From: Candidatus Woesearchaeota archaeon
Lineage (GTDB): Archaea; Nanobdellota; Nanobdellia; Woesearchaeales; UBA9642
Direction: 5' to 3'
Assembly (NCBI GenBank): GCA_003599145.1
Contig: QZIT01000005.1
Location: 512,330 to 576,329, forward strand
DNA: 64,000 bases
Below are positions 20,661 through 29,435 of the stretch, piece by piece. The notes below the pieces were generated by a model. The model saw only the letters and a list, made by a program, of their open reading frames with translations. It had not been told where the DNA came from and did not search any database. The position numbers and the translations under genes are program-made. How positions within the stretch are numbered: the first letter of the stretch is position 1; every line of letters starts with the position of its first letter.

Positions 20661-21365
20661 TTTTTTAAAATACTCCTCTGCTTTTTGCCTTAAAACAGGC
20701 TTTCCAATATCTGCCCAAAAACCCTTAGGAAGCCATGCGTGGAAGTCTTTAAACCACTCTCTGGCAAGCTGTTCTATAGGCGGAGCGTTGGGTCCTTTAT
20801 ACCTTACGAATCCAGGAATATGCTGTTTGTGCACACCGTAAATGTCTAAGATTACAAAAGGATGTTCTGTTCCTGGGTTAGCAAAGGAATAGCTTCCATC
20901 AATAAGTCTCCCTCCTTGAAGATTGCAGGTTGCAAAATTAAATTTTCCTGAAGGAAATCCTGAAAAATGACGAACAGCTACGGCATTTGACTGCACTCGT
21001 TCCATTTCCTTCAACAATCCTGCAAGAGAAAAATCAAACAAATTGTCATCTGCCAAAATCAAGGCATGTTCATCAATTCCCAATTGGCTTAAACCGCTGA
21101 CGTACATATTTACAGGGTCTGTAGGGCCAGAGGGAACTTGGATGTCTACAGGAACAGGTGTCTGGGAAAGCATTGCCCTATAAGACTGTTCATGCTCTTT
21201 ATTAACATAAACGAGCACAGGAGGAGTTATGTTTATATCTGCCAACCGTTCAAGCGTATGCTGTATAACCGGTTTACCTCCAAAATGCAATAACCCTCTA
21301 ATTTCAGAAACCCTGTCATTTCCTAGAGAATCTTTTGCTCCATACGCATTGATAAACGCCCTCAT
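20652..21365 (-). CDS. Divergent sugar-phosphate nucleotidyltransferase (NTP transferase) family protein
   Basis: GLLHFGGKPVIQH, LILADDNLF and FWADIG; the signature loop is degenerate. Confidence 0.7.
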   Translation of the reverse strand: MRAFINAYGAKDSLGNDRVSEIRGLLHFGGKPVIQHTLERLADINITPPVLVYVNKEHEQSYRAMLSQTPVPVDIQVPSGPTDPVNMYVSGLSQLGIDEHALILADDNLFDFSLAGLLKEMERVQSNAVAVRHFSGFPSGKFNFATCNLQGGRLIDGSYSFANPGTEHPFVILDIYGVHKQHIPGFVRYKGPNAPPIEQLAREWFKDFHAWLPKGFWADIGKPVLRQKAEEYFKKLF

Positions 21366-21397
21366 GGGCTGCAGAAGTATTTTTCAATTTATAAAAC

Positions 21398-22705
21398 TTA
21401 AGGAATCTTTACTCGTTCATTATTGCCTAAAATATACACATCGCTTTCCTTATAGCCTATTTCCAATGCAAGCTGTTTTAATGCAAGCAATTTGGGAAGC
21501 TCTGCATGGGCAGGAATAATTTTTTCAGGTTTTACCAATTGCAATAAGTCCCTTAAATCTTCCCTTGAACCATGGCCGCTGACATGAATATCTTTAAAGA
21601 TTCTGACCTTTCTTTTTCTCAATTCTTCTTCCAAAGACTCTCTGTTTTTGATACTGATGGGTGTTGGAATAATCTTGCAGGAAAAGATGACAACATCATC
21701 TGGTTTAAAGTTAAAAAATTTGAGCATTTTTGATAGCGTTGCTTTAGGCTCTCCCTGATGTCCTGTAACGACAAAGAGGTAATCTTGAGGGCGTTTTACG
21801 GTTTTAATGAACTTCTGTATTTTTTCTCCATATTTTACCATTTCAACTTCCTTGCTGAATTTGACCAATCCAACTTTTTCTGCAGCTTCAACATATTTTG
21901 ACAGAGACCTGCCTAAAAAAACAATTTTCCTGTTCAGTTGATTGCCAAAATCGATGATGGATTTCAATCGTTCAATATGAGAGGAAAAAGTGGTAACAAC
22001 AACGGCGTTGTTTTTTGCATTGGTTGAAATAAAAACATCTCGTAACATTTCTTTTGCAACTCGTTCACTGGGAGTTTTCATGGCTGCATCAGCGTATAAA
22101 GAATCAATAACCATGATTCTTGGCTTTAATGAACGCAATTTGTTAAATGATGGTGTTTTTCCAAGCACAGGAAACAAGTCTAACTTGAAATCGTTTGCAT
22201 AAAGCACCGTGCCGTATTTTGTATAAATGGCTATCAAGGCTGTTTGTGGTGTTGAATGCGTCATGCTGATTAATTCTACCGTAATGTTTTGAGACAGTTT
22301 GAAAGGCGTATCTAGCTTCTCTGTTTTTAACTGATTTCGCATGTAGGTTTTTTTATCATCCAGCATTGCTCTCAATACTTCAATAGTAAACGGAGAACCG
22401 TGAATGTCTGCCTTGAACTTATTAGCTAGAAAGGGAACTGCTCCTATATGGTCTAAATGAGCATGCCCTAAAATGATGCCTACAACCTTATCTTTCCAGT
22501 CTCCCATGACAAAAACATCAGGAGCTGCGTTATGCTCTATTAATTTTTTCCCTGAAATCTCAACAACATCCTCATCTTGGGTATAGGCAACATATTCTTC
22601 CATTTTCAATCCTAAATCCAGAATAACAACTTCATTATCCACTCTGACTGCAGTGCAGTTCCTTCCAACTTCCTTAAAACCGCCAAGGGTTAAAACTTCA
22701 ATCAT
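21398..22705 (-). CDS. rnj: Ribonuclease J (beta-CASP MBL hydrolase)
   Basis: GGFKEVGRN, HAHLDH, HSTP, DFK, FSSH, TGHQGEP, HVSGH and PAH. Confidence 0.93.
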   Translation of the reverse strand: MIEVLTLGGFKEVGRNCTAVRVDNEVVILDLGLKMEEYVAYTQDEDVVEISGKKLIEHNAAPDVFVMGDWKDKVVGIILGHAHLDHIGAVPFLANKFKADIHGSPFTIEVLRAMLDDKKTYMRNQLKTEKLDTPFKLSQNITVELISMTHSTPQTALIAIYTKYGTVLYANDFKLDLFPVLGKTPSFNKLRSLKPRIMVIDSLYADAAMKTPSERVAKEMLRDVFISTNAKNNAVVVTTFSSHIERLKSIIDFGNQLNRKIVFLGRSLSKYVEAAEKVGLVKFSKEVEMVKYGEKIQKFIKTVKRPQDYLFVVTGHQGEPKATLSKMLKFFNFKPDDVVIFSCKIIPTPISIKNRESLEEELRKRKVRIFKDIHVSGHGSREDLRDLLQLVKPEKIIPAHAELPKLLALKQLALEIGYKESDVYILGNNERVKIP

Positions 22706-22744
22706 GCATGGATTGTTTCAGTGCAAGTATAAAAAGGTTTGGAA

Positions 22745-23329
22745 TTAACAAACTCCGTAGATTTCCTGGCATTTTGCTGTGTAATTATAGCCGGTATCTG
22801 CAAATGCAGTTTCTAAATTAGGACAAATTCCTGCAGTTTGAGCAACCTCGCAAAACCTTCTTGAAGGAGGAACTATGACAACGGTTTTAGTTTCCTTTCC
22901 TTTCAGTATTAACGTAAATACTGATGCATCTTCCAGGCAAAAAAAGTAAGGATAAGGAAGCTCCATGTCCTTAACAAAAAAAGAAGTAAATTCTTCATCG
23001 CTAAATAAAAATAAGTTTTCAGTCACATTTGCCCTTATCAAATTTCCAATAACAGGATAATTTCTCATCAAACCAGGATCAACATGCACGGTATCTGCAA
23101 AACAGATAGTGTTGTAAGATGAGGGAATGCTGTAGGTTTTTTCATCCAAAGCTCCAAATCCTAAATTCAAATTTTGTTCAAACGTTGTTTTAAACTGCAA
23201 TGCCTGCACTTCTTTATTGCGCTGGGAAAGCTTCTTAAAAGCGCTAAATCCTAAAAGCAAAATAACACCAACAACAATAATGACAAAAATGTAAATAATC
23301 AGATGACCCGTAACTTGTGATTTGCGCAT
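22745..23329 (-). CDS. Pilin-like protein with class III signal peptide
   Basis: MRKS/Q followed by a long hydrophobic helix; Cys-containing C-terminal domain. Confidence 0.65.
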   Translation of the reverse strand: MRKSQVTGHLIIYIFVIIVVGVILLLGFSAFKKLSQRNKEVQALQFKTTFEQNLNLGFGALDEKTYSIPSSYNTICFADTVHVDPGLMRNYPVIGNLIRANVTENLFLFSDEEFTSFFVKDMELPYPYFFCLEDASVFTLILKGKETKTVVIVPPSRRFCEVAQTAGICPNLETAFADTGYNYTAKCQEIYGVC

Positions 23330-23400
23330 AATAGATTTGTATGAAGAGTATTATTAAAGGTTTCGATAACTATTTATAACATGCTGAAAACAGATGCTCT

Positions 23401-23742
23401 ATGAGAATACCCAAGCAATACGGTTACAGTCATGTAGACAGATGCCCTTTTTGTTCTATGCAGGCAACAACGAAAAATAACCAAGGAATACCCGTATGCT
23501 CAAAGCATAAAAATGCGTCATTACAGGACATGAGATGTCTTTGCGGAGAATTGCTTGAATTAAAAGAAGGCAAATTCGGCATTTATTTCAGATGCGAACG
23601 CTGCGGCAATGTCAATGCAAAAAGAGTGTTTGAAACAAACAACATTAAGAATGATGTGGAAGATATATCGAGAGAAGCACCTAAAACCAGCAAAAGAGCA
23701 GAAATCACAACTACTTCTGATGATCCCTTGTATTTTGATTAA
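23401..23742 (+). CDS. Small zinc-finger protein
   Basis: CPFC, CSKH, CLC and CERC. Confidence 0.75.
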   Translation: MRIPKQYGYSHVDRCPFCSMQATTKNNQGIPVCSKHKNASLQDMRCLCGELLELKEGKFGIYFRCERCGNVNAKRVFETNNIKNDVEDISREAPKTSKRAEITTTSDDPLYFD

Positions 23743-24041
23743 GGGATTGCCACTTGGCACTCCATAACTATTCCACTCTTCACGCATTCGCACGAAGAAG
23801 CAGTATTTGCATTTGAAAAACCGCTGAAGAGCATTCTTTTAAAGTATTCCTGAGAATATTTATAATCAGTATTCCTGCAGTCACCTATTTCTTTGTAGTA
23901 AACACAGGGTTTTGATTCACAAGAATCATGACACCCATCAACGCCACAAGCACCATCAAAAATAAAGAAGTAAAGAAAGAGTAAGAATCCTAATATCACA
24001 AGTCCTAGAATGACGAACAGAGTTAGCTTCCAAAGCTTCAT
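23739..24041 (-). CDS. Small membrane-anchored Cys-rich protein
   Basis: N-terminal TM followed by 8 Cys. Confidence 0.65.
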   Translation of the reverse strand: MKLWKLTLFVILGLVILGFLLFLYFFIFDGACGVDGCHDSCESKPCVYYKEIGDCRNTDYKYSQEYFKRMLFSGFSNANTASSCECVKSGIVMECQVAIP

Positions 24042-24097
24042 CTTGTTTATTATGACAGAATATCCTTATAAAAGTATTGTTTTAACCAGAAAATAGG

Positions 24098-24199
24098 TGC
24101 GGGGGAGAGGATTTGAACCCCTGAACCCACTAAGGGACTAGATTCCTCATCAGTGGAACTTGAGTCTAGCGCATTTGACCAGACTTTGCATACCCCCGC
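24098..24199 (-). tRNA. tRNA-Leu(CAA) with a 15-nt intron at position 37/38 (intron 24144-24158)
   Basis: Acceptor stem GCGGGGG/CCCCCGC, anticodon arm CTAGA-CTCAAG^A-TCTAG, long variable arm, GGTTCAAATCC. Intron TTCCACTGATGAGGA forms a bulge-helix-bulge. CCA is not fully encoded. Confidence 0.95.
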
Positions 24200-24233
24200 T
24201 TAGTTTTGAGAAATAGATGTTTGTTTTTAAAGC

Positions 24234-24617
24234 TTACGCAAGTTTTTTTAGCTTCCCTTTTACATTTTGCAAGGCGCTTTTTACATCGACGCTTTTAGAA
24301 GATCCTGTTTTTTTCTCTTGAACTTTCTTTTGAACTGTTTTTTTCTTTGGTTCTAGTTTAACTTGCTTTCCGTCCTTAGGAGCAAAGTGATAGTCAGGCA
24401 AATGCTCTGCAAGTTTGGATGCTAACAAATTAATTTCTCCTACCTGCACTTTTAATTTGTTCATCAGTTCGACTTTTTGCTTTCTTACCTGCTGTATTTT
24501 ATCTAGATTTTGCATGCTGGTTAAAACATCCTGGGAGCATTCCAAGATATTCCTTCGTAGTTCAGAAGGTTTCTTGACATGCACATACAATTCTTGTTCT
24601 GGTTTTTTCTCGTTCAT
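24234..24617 (-). CDS. Coiled-coil protein (third of a paralogous trio) with Lys-rich tail
   Basis: ATGA overlap with the upstream gene; 66-aa module LYVHV...EHLP. Confidence 0.8.
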   Translation of the reverse strand: MNEKKPEQELYVHVKKPSELRRNILECSQDVLTSMQNLDKIQQVRKQKVELMNKLKVQVGEINLLASKLAEHLPDYHFAPKDGKQVKLEPKKKTVQKKVQEKKTGSSKSVDVKSALQNVKGKLKKLA

Positions 24618-24844
24618 ACGTTTGGCTCGAAAAGAGATTTATTAATGTACTCTATTTTTGCAGTTATCTGGTCTAAATGAGCAGACCAATCCTCTAATTC
24701 TCTGTCCTCTTCATCCTTTAAATCATTTATTCTATTCAATGTTTCCTGGGCATCCTTGACCTTTTTTTTAATAACGTCAACAATGTCTAGAATGTCCTTA
24801 TAGTCATTGATTTTTACAAATACCGGTGCAAATTCTTCATCCAT
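24614..24844 (-). CDS. Small coiled-coil protein (second of trio)
   Basis: AGGTGA SD; module VFVKINDY...KSLFE. Confidence 0.8.
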   Translation of the reverse strand: MDEEFAPVFVKINDYKDILDIVDVIKKKVKDAQETLNRINDLKDEEDRELEDWSAHLDQITAKIEYINKSLFEPNV

Positions 24845-24849
24845 TAGTC

Positions 24850-25437
24850 TCACCTTTCAAAAAGCGTTGTATCCATATAGGTTAATCGATCGTTGATAAA
24901 AGCCAAATCGTCATGGTATTTTTGGTAAAGCTTATTCATGTTTCCCGAGATATCTTTAATGCGCAATACGGTTGTAAAGCTTTTTTGCGTCAATGCGTTG
25001 ATGTTTTTAATATCTCTGAAGACCTTGCCATAATCCCTGATGTCAATGAACATGTTAAACTCATTCATCTCCTTTTTTGGCTGCGCAGTAATAGGAACAG
25101 TGTCAAATTCAGGAAGCTGGTCTAAGTCAGGCTCTGCTGGTTGTTCGAATGATTGCTCAGGCTGTTGAACCGCCAAATCTGAAAGAGCAAACTGTTCATT
25201 TTTTTCTGGTTCAGGCGTTAAAAACCCCTCTTTTTGCTTTTCCGGCTCTCCAATTTGCTCAATCGCGTGCTCAATGGCATTCAGTTCAGGGTCATCAGAA
25301 AGATAAACTTCTTTTTGCTCCTGCAAACCTTCAACATGATCCGGGATATCCCAAGATAAATTCTGGTCTTTGGGAGGTTTGGGAGGCATAGGCATCTCTA
25401 CATCAAGCGTGGTCTTTTTTTTAAATAAGTCAAACAT
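24850..25437 (-). CDS. Protein with acidic Pro-rich disordered N-terminus and C-terminal coiled-coil module (first of trio)
   Basis: GAGGT SD; module MFIDIRDY...TTLFE. Confidence 0.8.
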   Translation of the reverse strand: MFDLFKKKTTLDVEMPMPPKPPKDQNLSWDIPDHVEGLQEQKEVYLSDDPELNAIEHAIEQIGEPEKQKEGFLTPEPEKNEQFALSDLAVQQPEQSFEQPAEPDLDQLPEFDTVPITAQPKKEMNEFNMFIDIRDYGKVFRDIKNINALTQKSFTTVLRIKDISGNMNKLYQKYHDDLAFINDRLTYMDTTLFER

Positions 25438-25591
25438 AGCTCTACCTCTGCTGAATACTAACAAAGAGACTATTAAAAGTTTTCTTATTATTTGAAAATG
25501 GTAAAAACACGTAAGCGTTACTCAACCATGCGTAAAATCTTCAGTTTTTCTGCCAAAACACATAATAAAGAGAAAAGCAACATTGGTTTTC

Positions 25592-27226
25592 ATGAAAAAA
25601 AGCATTTTCCTGTTGCTCTTGTTGATAATGCCTGTAGCAATGGCAGCACACATCAATGAAGTCATGTACAACCCATCAGGGGACGATAATAATAATGAAT
25701 TTGTAGAGATATTTGGAACAGACAATCTTTCAGGGTTCACTATAGGCGATAGCAATGCAAATGACAGTTTCGTGCTTTTGCAGCATGCTGATGGAAATTT
25801 CAGCTTGGTTGTTGAAGATGGCTTTAATTTTACAGGACTCAACTGCAGCATTTACAGCACTGGAGCAACTATAGGCGATAATCTAAACAACAATAATGAC
25901 GGCGTATTTCTTTATGAGCAGGAATTGATGGTGGACACTTTTTCTTACGACGGAAGCCTTGCAAACGGCAACGGAAAAAGCCTGAGTTTTATAGAAAATG
26001 AATGGAAAGAATCCTTGGCAATAGGAGGAACCCCTTGCAAAGAGAATACACTTGAAAACAGCCACATCAACAACACGAATCAGACCGCAAATGGCACGAT
26101 GAACAGTACCATCAATGATAGCATTAACCAATCCATAAATATCAGCTTGAATGTTACACTGAATGAAACCTTCAACAATACTGCAAACACAACCATCAAC
26201 AACACACAAAACATAACTATCAACATCACCATAAACACCACCCAAAATAACACGATGCATTCGTGCAACATCTCTATCTGGATAGAAACAGAAAAAAACA
26301 TCTATGAAAACAAAGAGACCGTTGCTTTTTACAACAAGCTTTCCAACAAATCAATAGACTTTGAAATAGAGTACTGGATTGAAGATGCCTTTGGGAATGT
26401 CATCAAGAAAAAAACAGTAACGCAAAACACAGACAAGAAGAGCTACACTCCAGATATCGAAGAGCACGATCTCGGACTCGTCATCAAAAGCAGATTGAAC
26501 GCGACGTCGTGCAGCAACGTTCAGCAAAATGACGCTGAAAAAGCAATCATAGTGCGCAAACCCGATTATCAACCCATTGTGTGTAATGCAACCCCCCATG
26601 TCACCTGCCCCATTTGCCCTACGGGTGAAAGGCAACAAAGATACATCACGTCCTTTTACACGAGGGCAAAGAAAGCAGGAATGATAAATATCTATGCTAA
26701 CATACAAGCAAACGGCAATGTTGATGTCGTTTTGTATACGGGGAATGAAAGCAGAAAGTTTGAAAAGCTCTTTAACGGTTCAGAAACACTGGACTTTTCA
26801 GTAAATAGCAAAGCGGGAAAAAATTATTATTTTCTTGAAGTGCAAAAGGACAACCAGACGCTTGACTTCAAGCAATTAATAGTATCCTTTCCTGAAAACA
26901 ATGCCAGTGCTCTTATCGAGCGTGCACCTATGGGCATATCAGAAAACAGGCAAAACAACCAATCTCATCTTATTACGGGAAGCGTTATCTATAGCTCAAG
27001 CAACGCAAAATTAAGAAACTATTTAAAATACGGGCTAATTGTCATAGGTATTGCAGGCGTGATTGTCTATGCCAAACATAAACATCAAAGAAAAGATAGA
27101 AAATGGATGGGTAAGAAGCAATATCATCTTCGAGGTAGTTGGCAATCCAAAAGAACACGTGGCAAAAACCCTGCAAGGGTATATCGAAAATTTGAAGAAA
27201 AACAAGGGCATCATTGTCCTGCATGA
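25592..27226 (+). CDS. Secreted lamin-tail-domain surface glycoprotein with C-terminal TM anchor
   Basis: Signal peptide; INEVMYNPSG..EFVEI; LNN..D; GTP; N-x-S/T array; TM near the C-terminus. Confidence 0.8.
   Translation: MKKSIFLLLLLIMPVAMAAHINEVMYNPSGDDNNNEFVEIFGTDNLSGFTIGDSNANDSFVLLQHADGNFSLVVEDGFNFTGLNCSIYSTGATIGDNLNNNNDGVFLYEQELMVDTFSYDGSLANGNGKSLSFIENEWKESLAIGGTPCKENTLENSHINNTNQTANGTMNSTINDSINQSINISLNVTLNETFNNTANTTINNTQNITINITINTTQNNTMHSCNISIWIETEKNIYENKETVAFYNKLSNKSIDFEIEYWIEDAFGNVIKKKTVTQNTDKKSYTPDIEEHDLGLVIKSRLNATSCSNVQQNDAEKAIIVRKPDYQPIVCNATPHVTCPICPTGERQQRYITSFYTRAKKAGMINIYANIQANGNVDVVLYTGNESRKFEKLFNGSETLDFSVNSKAGKNYYFLEVQKDNQTLDFKQLIVSFPENNASALIERAPMGISENRQNNQSHLITGSVIYSSSNAKLRNYLKYGLIVIGIAGVIVYAKHKHQRKDRKWMGKKQYHLRGSWQSKRTRGKNPARVYRKFEEKQGHHCPA
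26069..26254 (+). repeat. Tetrapeptide x-N-x-[T/S] array: 16 N-glycosylation sequons in 62 residues
   Basis: NNTNQTANGTMNSTINDSINQSINISLNVTLNETFNNTANTTINNTQNITINITINTTQNNT. Confidence 0.85.
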
Positions 27227-27656
27227 AGAGTTTGGAAAGCCAGAAGAAAACAACAAGCTGTGGAGTACGTTTGCAGAGCTTGAATTGCTTGTTGAGGGTA
27301 TAGAAAAATTCGTCTACATCTGCGTCAACTTCACGCCATCATCGATAGAAATTCTCGAACCAAAAGAATTGACGTTTACTGATAAAAACATGACCGACTG
27401 GCTCAATGAGCTTCTTTCGTTAATGCATGAGATAGGTATGAATTACAAGGAAACGAAAATAAACAACGAGCTTTACTTGAAAAGCATGAATGCGCTAGTA
27501 AGAAACTGCGTCCTGCTTGCACTCGAGAAGCCCTTAGCCGCAAGAGACTTAAGCAAAAAAACAGGCGTGGACGAAAAAACGCTCACTCCTTTTTTGGAAG
27601 CAATGGAAAAAGAAAAAAGAATACATAAACAGGGAGCGCTGTATGCAAAAAAATGA
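27069..27656 (+). CDS. Archaeal hypothetical protein (alpha/beta domain plus C-terminal wHTH), coupled to scpB
   Basis: EVVGNPKEHV, FAELEL, PSSIEILEP; HTH-like ARDLSKKTGV; overlaps the scpB start. Confidence 0.78.
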   Translation: MPNINIKEKIENGWVRSNIIFEVVGNPKEHVAKTLQGYIENLKKNKGIIVLHEEFGKPEENNKLWSTFAELELLVEGIEKFVYICVNFTPSSIEILEPKELTFTDKNMTDWLNELLSLMHEIGMNYKETKINNELYLKSMNALVRNCVLLALEKPLAARDLSKKTGVDEKTLTPFLEAMEKEKRIHKQGALYAKK

Positions 27657-28755
27657 TTTAAAAAATAAAATTGAAGCACTACTGTTCAGCTCTGGAAAAT
27701 TCATGACAGAGGAAAATTTATCATTACTCATAGGAGCAGATATCCGAGAAGTCAAAAAAACAGTGAGAGATCTAGAAAAAGAGTATGCTGAAAGAGACCA
27801 CAGCTTGATGCTTGTACAGGAAGGTGACAGCTGGAAAATCAACGTCAGAGAACTTTATCTTGATTTAGTGAGAAAAATAGTTGCAGACACTGAACTGCCA
27901 AAGGGAGTTTTGGAAACCCTTGCAGTCATTGCATGGAAGAGTCCCATACTGCAGAGTGAAGTGGTGAGAATCAGGAGTAATAAAGCCTATGAGCACATTG
28001 CGCAACTGGAAGAAATGGGCTTCGTCATCAAAGATAAATTCGGCAGGAGCTTTAAGATAAAAGTAACGGAGAAGTTCTTTGAATATTTTGATGTTTCGGG
28101 AAAGAATTTAAAAGAAGTTTTTAAGGACGCAAAAATGCCTGAAAAACAGGCAACGTTAGATGGACAGCCAGAAGAAGTCACACCTTCTGATACTGAACAA
28201 CCAGAACCAACAGTTGAACCTGAAAAAGAATTTGCAGACGAAGTTGAAAAAATGCAGGAAGAAGAAATTGAAGCAGAAGAAACTCCTGCTCAAGAAAAGG
28301 AACCTGTGAAAGAAAGAACTAAACCAGTAAAAAATCGAGAAGAAGCTGAGGACGAGGAAAAAGAGACAGAAGGAAGCGAAGAAGAAACAGAAGTTGAAAT
28401 TCCTAAACAAAGAGAAAAAATGCCTGAAAAAAAAGAAAGTTTCAAGGAAGCAACGAGAAGAGCACCTCCAAAAATGGAGGGAAAAATCATCAAAACTGCA
28501 AAACAGAAAGTTCCTAAAAAAAGTATAAGGGAAGTAGAAAAATCAGGAAAAGATAAAAGAGAGGAAGAAAAGATAAAAAAAGGCGATAAGACAAAAGAAA
28601 AAAAGATTAGACTTCAGGAGAAAACATTGCCTTTAAAAAAAGCAAAAAAAAATTCAAAATCACCTAAAAAAATAATAAAAAATGCTAAAAGTAAGCTGCC
28701 CAAAGTGCAAAAACGCAATGTTATACCAGCCAAAAAAAGGAAGCTTAGGCGATAA
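27643..28755 (+). CDS. scpB: SMC-ScpAB complex subunit ScpB with long charged C-terminal tail
   Basis: KIEALLF, LETLAVIAWKSPI.QSEVVRIR, HIAQL..GF and TEKFFEYF. Confidence 0.92.
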   Translation: MQKNDLKNKIEALLFSSGKFMTEENLSLLIGADIREVKKTVRDLEKEYAERDHSLMLVQEGDSWKINVRELYLDLVRKIVADTELPKGVLETLAVIAWKSPILQSEVVRIRSNKAYEHIAQLEEMGFVIKDKFGRSFKIKVTEKFFEYFDVSGKNLKEVFKDAKMPEKQATLDGQPEEVTPSDTEQPEPTVEPEKEFADEVEKMQEEEIEAEETPAQEKEPVKERTKPVKNREEAEDEEKETEGSEEETEVEIPKQREKMPEKKESFKEATRRAPPKMEGKIIKTAKQKVPKKSIREVEKSGKDKREEEKIKKGDKTKEKKIRLQEKTLPLKKAKKNSKSPKKIIKNAKSKLPKVQKRNVIPAKKRKLRR

Positions 28756-28823
28756 AGTAAAAAAATGCGTTTATTGCGGCCATTCCTTTAAAGTGCATAG
28801 CAATTTAGAAAAAAGCAGAATTG

Positions 28824-29405
28824 TTAAGATAATGCGATAGACAATAATTTCTTCTTGCACGTGCAACCGCTTCCTAAATGAAAGACGGCAAGTTCCTTGC
28901 AGCGCTGTTTCTCAGGAAAGCGTTCCGCTTCAGCTTCACAACACTGCAGAGTTATGTGCGGCCAGTAGTTTTCAAAAGCATAGTCATCAGCGTAGCGTTC
29001 AACGACACTCAATGCATGTTCACTTACCGGCTCTAAAAACATCTCTTGCACAGGACGAATGAACAAAGGCTTGAGACCCGTCACGAGAAACTCATGAAGT
29101 CTTTGAAGTTCAGGAGAGTTTTGTATGCATAAGGATGATTCTTTTTTTTCTCGCTGGTACTTGAATTTGTCGACAGAAACCAAAATGCTTCCTGTACTGC
29201 GCGCTGCTTGGCCTATGAGGTCCTGGACGGCAGAAAGGTCTTTTTCATCAATACTTCCTAAAGCGAGCGAGATGTGAGGCAGGTTTTCCTGCATGTTTAA
29301 ATGTCGTATGCCTTTCCCGTTTTTCCACGCTAGTTCATTTAATGAAATGCTGAAGTCTCTCAATGCGTCAGGGGGGATCAAAACAACGCCTATTGCAAGA
29401 GCCAT
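28824..29405 (-). CDS. 2H phosphoesterase (2'-5' RNA ligase-like) family protein
   Basis: Two HxS/T motifs: PHISL and PHITL. Confidence 0.85.
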   Translation of the reverse strand: MALAIGVVLIPPDALRDFSISLNELAWKNGKGIRHLNMQENLPHISLALGSIDEKDLSAVQDLIGQAARSTGSILVSVDKFKYQREKKESSLCIQNSPELQRLHEFLVTGLKPLFIRPVQEMFLEPVSEHALSVVERYADDYAFENYWPHITLQCCEAEAERFPEKQRCKELAVFHLGSGCTCKKKLLSIALS

Positions 29406-29435
29406 AGTTCGCAGAAAGAGACAATGTTTAAAAAG

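Noticed and set aside
23739-24234. Possible integrated element at tRNA-Leu
   Set aside because: No integrase and no duplicate of the tRNA 3' end was noticed; the flanks look chromosomal.
25883-26301. Val/Met/Leu-rich minus-strand ORFs that look like membrane proteins
   Set aside because: They are antisense to the N-x-T array of the lamin-tail gene.
28156-28493. Phe/Ser-rich minus-strand ORFs (also 41868-42293 and 43026-43319)
   Set aside because: They are antisense to Lys/Glu-rich low-complexity coding regions.
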